Shown: piece by piece, positions 60,942-64,000 of the stretch | Numbering within the stretch: position 1 is the stretch's first letter | Layout: every line of letters starts with the position of its first letter | Virus record (IMG/VR): IMGVR_UViG_2928125067_000004 | Location: 1,947-65,946 of that record | Length of the DNA: 64,000 bases | DNA from: a virus | Lineage: Duplodnaviria > Caudoviricetes | Reading direction: 5' to 3' (one strand) | Notes under the pieces: generated by a model | Database searches by the model: none | Seen by the model: only the letters and a program-made list of their open reading frames with translations | Told to the model about the DNA's origin: nothing | Translations under genes and position numbers: made by a program

Positions 60942-61312
60942 AGGCCGCGCCTCCTCCGATCGCTCTGTCTGATCTCGACCGCGACGAGCTGCTGCAGCTC
61001 CTCCAGGCTCGACCGGTCTACTGCCTGCGCCCTGCTGACCTCTGGAGCGCCCGCTACGACGTGCTGGAGCGGCGCGCGAAGGTCGCCTCGGAACGCCGGG
61101 AGGCCGCCGGCGACGCCTACTATCCGCTCATGCGCGCGATGGACCCCAGCACGATGAGCCAACGCGCCTGGTCCAAGCTTCAGGCTGACCGTGAAGCTGC
61201 GCGAAAGGCCTACGAGGTCGCTCAGCGCGCCTACCGCCGCGCCGCCGGCGCACGCGATCGCGCCTTCGATGCGCTGATGGCCAGCTACGGTCACCGGAGA
61301 GAGCCCGCATGA
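60938..61312 (+). CDS. Hypothetical helical protein
   Basis: Coupled ORF. Confidence 0.5.
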   Translation: MKAAPPPIALSDLDRDELLQLLQARPVYCLRPADLWSARYDVLERRAKVASERREAAGDAYYPLMRAMDPSTMSQRAWSKLQADREAARKAYEVAQRAYRRAAGARDRAFDALMASYGHRREPA

Positions 61313-61644
61313 CCGAACGCCTCGCGACACAGCGGAAGCGGTACCGCATGGGCGACCCGATCCTGCCCCTCATTGAAGGCAACCCTGGCGCACTCAGGGT
61401 TCTCGGAGAGCTCTCACAGAAGATTGAGGGCATCCATTTCTGGATGTTCGTCCTCGACCTCGACGACATGAACATCCGCGGCTCGCAGATCTGGGTCGCC
61501 GATAAGGATGTCTGCAACACGGACCTGGACGTCCTGATCAAACGGGTGAAAGGCCGGGACGCGACGCTCGCTGAGGCGATCAACAAGGTCTGCCCGGACG
61601 GTGAGCGGGCCGTGGCGCATGGAGCCAGCTTTGCGCACCACTGA
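61309..61644 (+). CDS. Hypothetical protein (EGNPGA...IRGSQIW...KDVC)
   Basis: Coupled; protein-like motif. Confidence 0.6.
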   Translation: MTERLATQRKRYRMGDPILPLIEGNPGALRVLGELSQKIEGIHFWMFVLDLDDMNIRGSQIWVADKDVCNTDLDVLIKRVKGRDATLAEAINKVCPDGERAVAHGASFAHH

Positions 61645-61840
61645 CGCATCCGCTTGGGGGCTTGCCGCCCGTCCCATCGCTGGCGGCGTCCAGATCGGGC
61701 TCCACGTCCCGGACCGCGATCTCACGGTGGCGCTCGACCTCACGTGCGAAGAGGCTCGCGCCTACGCCCGGGCGATCCTGGCGGCCGCCGGCGACGCGAC
61801 CGAGCGCACTTTCCCGCACCTACAGATCCCGGAGGCGTGA
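61601..61840 (+). CDS. Hypothetical protein
   Basis: ORF track; start uncertain. Confidence 0.45.
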   Translation: MSGPWRMEPALRTTDASAWGLAARPIAGGVQIGLHVPDRDLTVALDLTCEEARAYARAILAAAGDATERTFPHLQIPEA

Positions 61841-61843
61841 GTC

Positions 61844-62116
61844 GTGTCCGAAGATCCCGAGCCCCTCGTGCACGTCTACCTCACCCCCGACCCGCTGTTC
61901 GCCGGCGAGATCCTAGAGGTCTGGGGCAAGGTCGTGGGTGATACCATCCACTATGGCGCGTTCGGTTACTGCCTCACCGGCGAGGGACGCCAGTGGCACC
62001 GCCAGCGCTGGGCGGCGGAGAACTACGCGCGTCAGCTACAGGCGGAGAGGCTCGCCCAGCTGCGCGATGAGATCGCCCGGATCGAGGGTTTCCGCTTCGG
62101 GAGGCCGGGATCGTGA
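61844..62116 (+). CDS. Hypothetical protein
   Basis: ORF track; coupled. Confidence 0.5.
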   Translation: MSEDPEPLVHVYLTPDPLFAGEILEVWGKVVGDTIHYGAFGYCLTGEGRQWHRQRWAAENYARQLQAERLAQLRDEIARIEGFRFGRPGS

Positions 62117-62502
62117 CGCGTCCTTCGGAAAGCGACGACTATGCGGCCGGCTACGCCGACGCGATGCGCGACGCGGCCGCTCGCAGCGCGAAGCGCGCTG
62201 TCGACCTGCATATTCGTGCCAGCATGCTGACCCGCGAGGCGAAGTCGCTGCTCCGGCGGTCCGAGCAGCTGCGGGACGAGGCGGAGGCCTTCCACGACGC
62301 CGCGCAGAACGTCTGGGCGCAGTGGGCCGACCGGCGCAACTGGCCCGACGTCCTCGCGCGGGTCGCGGACGCGCGCACTGGAGCGGCCGTCGCGGCGTCG
62401 GCGCCTTCCCTCAGCCTCGGCGATCCAGAGGCGCCGGCCGAGCCCATTCTGCCGGCGGAGGAAGAGATGCGCCGGGCAGCCGGCCGGGCGTGGAGGGCCT
62501 GA
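62113..62502 (+). CDS. Hypothetical protein
   Basis: YAAGYADAMRDAA; coupled. Confidence 0.5.
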   Translation: MTRPSESDDYAAGYADAMRDAAARSAKRAVDLHIRASMLTREAKSLLRRSEQLRDEAEAFHDAAQNVWAQWADRRNWPDVLARVADARTGAAVAASAPSLSLGDPEAPAEPILPAEEEMRRAAGRAWRA

Positions 62503-62504
62503 CG

Positions 62505-62822
62505 GTGACCAAGCCCCGCTCGAAGCCCGGCCGCCCTGCCCTCACCTTCGACGATCTGCCGCTGTTCGCGGCCGACAAGGACATCGCCGAGGCCGTCGTT
62601 GGACCGGACGAGGCGGACAAGCGCGCGTGGTGCGCGAGCGTGGCGAGCCTGGAGGCCTGCGGCTTCCCCGCCCCGGCGAAGCTCTACGGCAAGCGGTACG
62701 TCCCGGCCGTTCGGGCCTTCTACGATCGGCAGTATGGTCCTGCGGGGCGTGCGCCAACCGACTCAGGGCGGCGCGAGGAAGAGGCGACATGGACAGGCCG
62801 CAGATCAAGGCCCCGGGTCTGA
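62505..62822 (+). CDS. Probable excisionase/HTH protein
   Basis: LEACGFPAPAKLYGKRYVPAVRAFYDR; overlaps the integrase start. Confidence 0.65.
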   Translation: MTKPRSKPGRPALTFDDLPLFAADKDIAEAVVGPDEADKRAWCASVASLEACGFPAPAKLYGKRYVPAVRAFYDRQYGPAGRAPTDSGRREEEATWTGRRSRPRV

Positions 62823-64000
62823 AGTTCCGGCCGCGCAGCGAGGGCTGGGCGGCGTACTGGATCCCCTCCCCTGAGGCCCTGCGCCGCGGCTATCCCTCGG
62901 GCACGGTGCCGCTCTCGCACCTGATCGCCTCGCCCGAGCTGCTCGTCGACGCCTGCCAGCGCCTGCAGACCGATATGCTCGCGTGGCTCGACGGCCTGCG
63001 CCGCAACCGCAACGCCTTCGATGGCACGATCGGCAGCGTCTTGCGCCTCTACCAAGTGCACGAGGAGTCGCCGTTCCACGGCCTAAAGCCCGGGACGCGT
63101 CACCCCTACGTCACGTACCTGCGGCTCCTCGATGCCGAGATCGGAGATCTCCGCCTCGACACGCTGACGGCGCTGCACGTGAAGCGATGGCACGCGGGCT
63201 GGAGCGCCGGCGGCGCGCGGCCGGCGGCCGGCCACATGCGGCTTGCGATCCTGAAGGCCGCCCTCACCTTCTGCATCGTCGCCGGCCACAGCGAGTGCCG
63301 CGCCCTGCGGGACGATATCCGCGAGCTGCGCCTGCCCGGGCCACGTGCCCGGACGCTGGTGGCCACTGCCGACCAGGTGCGCCGGGCGATGAAGGCCGCG
63401 CACGCGATCAAGCGCCCGTCGCTGGCCCTCGCTTACGCGATCCAGTTCGAGACGGCGCTGCGCCAGTGGGACGTCACCGGCCAGTGGTACCCGCTCAAGG
63501 ACCCGATGCTCTGCTCCGTTGTGGACGGAGACCGGAAGTGGGCCGGCCTCGAATGGCGGCACGTCGGCGAGGACGGTCTGCTGCGCTACACGCCCTCGAA
63601 GACGCGCGGGTCGAGCGGCGCCGAGGTCCTGATCGACCTCAACCTGTGTCCGATGGTCCTTGAGGAGATCGCCCGAGTCCCGGTAGAGGCGCGGACCGGT
63701 CCGATGATCGTCAGCGAGCGTTCGGGGCTCCCCTGGATCGACCACGACTTCAGGAGATCCTGGCGGCGGGTGCGCGAGCTGGCCGGCCTGCCGCCGGAGC
63801 TCTGGAGCCGCGATCTTCGCGCCTCGGCGATTACCGAGGGCCGACGCGGGGGCGCCGTGAACGATGATGCCGCGAAGGTCGCCGGTCACACCAACAGCCG
63901 GATCACGGCCGAGGTCTACGACCGAGAGCGCCTCGAGGCACATCGCCGGTTCGCCACAGCAAGGTTGGGGAAGCGGGGCTCGGACGGCGGCGGGACATGA
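62789..64000 (+). CDS. int: Tyrosine integrase
   Basis: FETALRQWDV (R), RDLRASAIT, AGH, EVYDR (Y) catalytic motifs; stop at the window end. Confidence 0.92.
   Translation: MDRPQIKAPGLKFRPRSEGWAAYWIPSPEALRRGYPSGTVPLSHLIASPELLVDACQRLQTDMLAWLDGLRRNRNAFDGTIGSVLRLYQVHEESPFHGLKPGTRHPYVTYLRLLDAEIGDLRLDTLTALHVKRWHAGWSAGGARPAAGHMRLAILKAALTFCIVAGHSECRALRDDIRELRLPGPRARTLVATADQVRRAMKAAHAIKRPSLALAYAIQFETALRQWDVTGQWYPLKDPMLCSVVDGDRKWAGLEWRHVGEDGLLRYTPSKTRGSSGAEVLIDLNLCPMVLEEIARVPVEARTGPMIVSERSGLPWIDHDFRRSWRRVRELAGLPPELWSRDLRASAITEGRRGGAVNDDAAKVAGHTNSRITAEVYDRERLEAHRRFATARLGKRGSDGGGT

Larger units (their letters stand above)
1..64000. mobile_element. Temperate prophage (lambda-like head/cos packaging, Mu-like contractile tail); both ends probably extend beyond the window
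   Basis: Complete modular order integrase-early genes-cI/cro-replication-terminase-portal-capsid-tail-lysis; no host housekeeping genes seen. Confidence 0.97.

Noticed and set aside
1-64000. CRISPR array, tRNA, rRNA, reverse transcriptase/DGR
   Set aside because: No spacer-repeat pattern, cloverleaf, rRNA-like sequence or RT motif recognised by eye; no template/variable repeat pair seen at the fibre ends
63900-64000. attR/attL sites
   Set aside because: The window ends at the integrase stop and starts inside umuD; no att pair can be identified

Overview
The whole window is one GC-rich alphaproteobacterial temperate prophage, probably from Methylobacterium or a relative (host inferred from gene content: MucR, GapR and GcrA homologues and GAAC-N7-GAAC LexA boxes). 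No host housekeeping genes are visible. Reading right to left: tyrosine integrase and excisionase-like gene (62.5-64 kb); a rightward early operon of small genes including HNH, GcrA-like and GapR genes (53.5-62.5 kb); the cro/cI switch with visible operators (51.5-53.5 kb); a leftward early operon with a TAXI solute-binding protein, an MT-A70 methyltransferase, a replication initiator with iterons and MucR (42.8-51.8 kb); two lower-GC accessory islands (glycosyltransferase-like/acetyltransferase fusion at 40.7-42.6 kb; HD-GYP plus IS481 remnant at 36-38.7 kb); a putative late promoter with a ~630-nt hairpin-rich leader; a serine recombinase; a lambda-like cos/terminase/portal/protease-capsid head module; a Mu-like contractile tail; two fibre/chaperone pairs; a lysis cassette; an HNH moron; and umuD cut by the left edge. 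The most notable signals are: (i) a 23-bp palindrome present in the linker of the ParB-HTH-like/MT-A70 methyltransferase gene (plus a 19-bp partial copy) and again 41 kb away in the lysis region; (ii) two homologous ~85-aa proteins each behind a LexA box, one beside the repressor (candidate SOS antirepressor); (iii) the long structured late leader together with intrinsic terminators inside the late operon; (iv) a canonical -1 frameshift in the tail chaperone; (v) a serine recombinase preceded by a palindrome cluster. All family calls are by motif recognition, not database search. The att sites lie outside the window.
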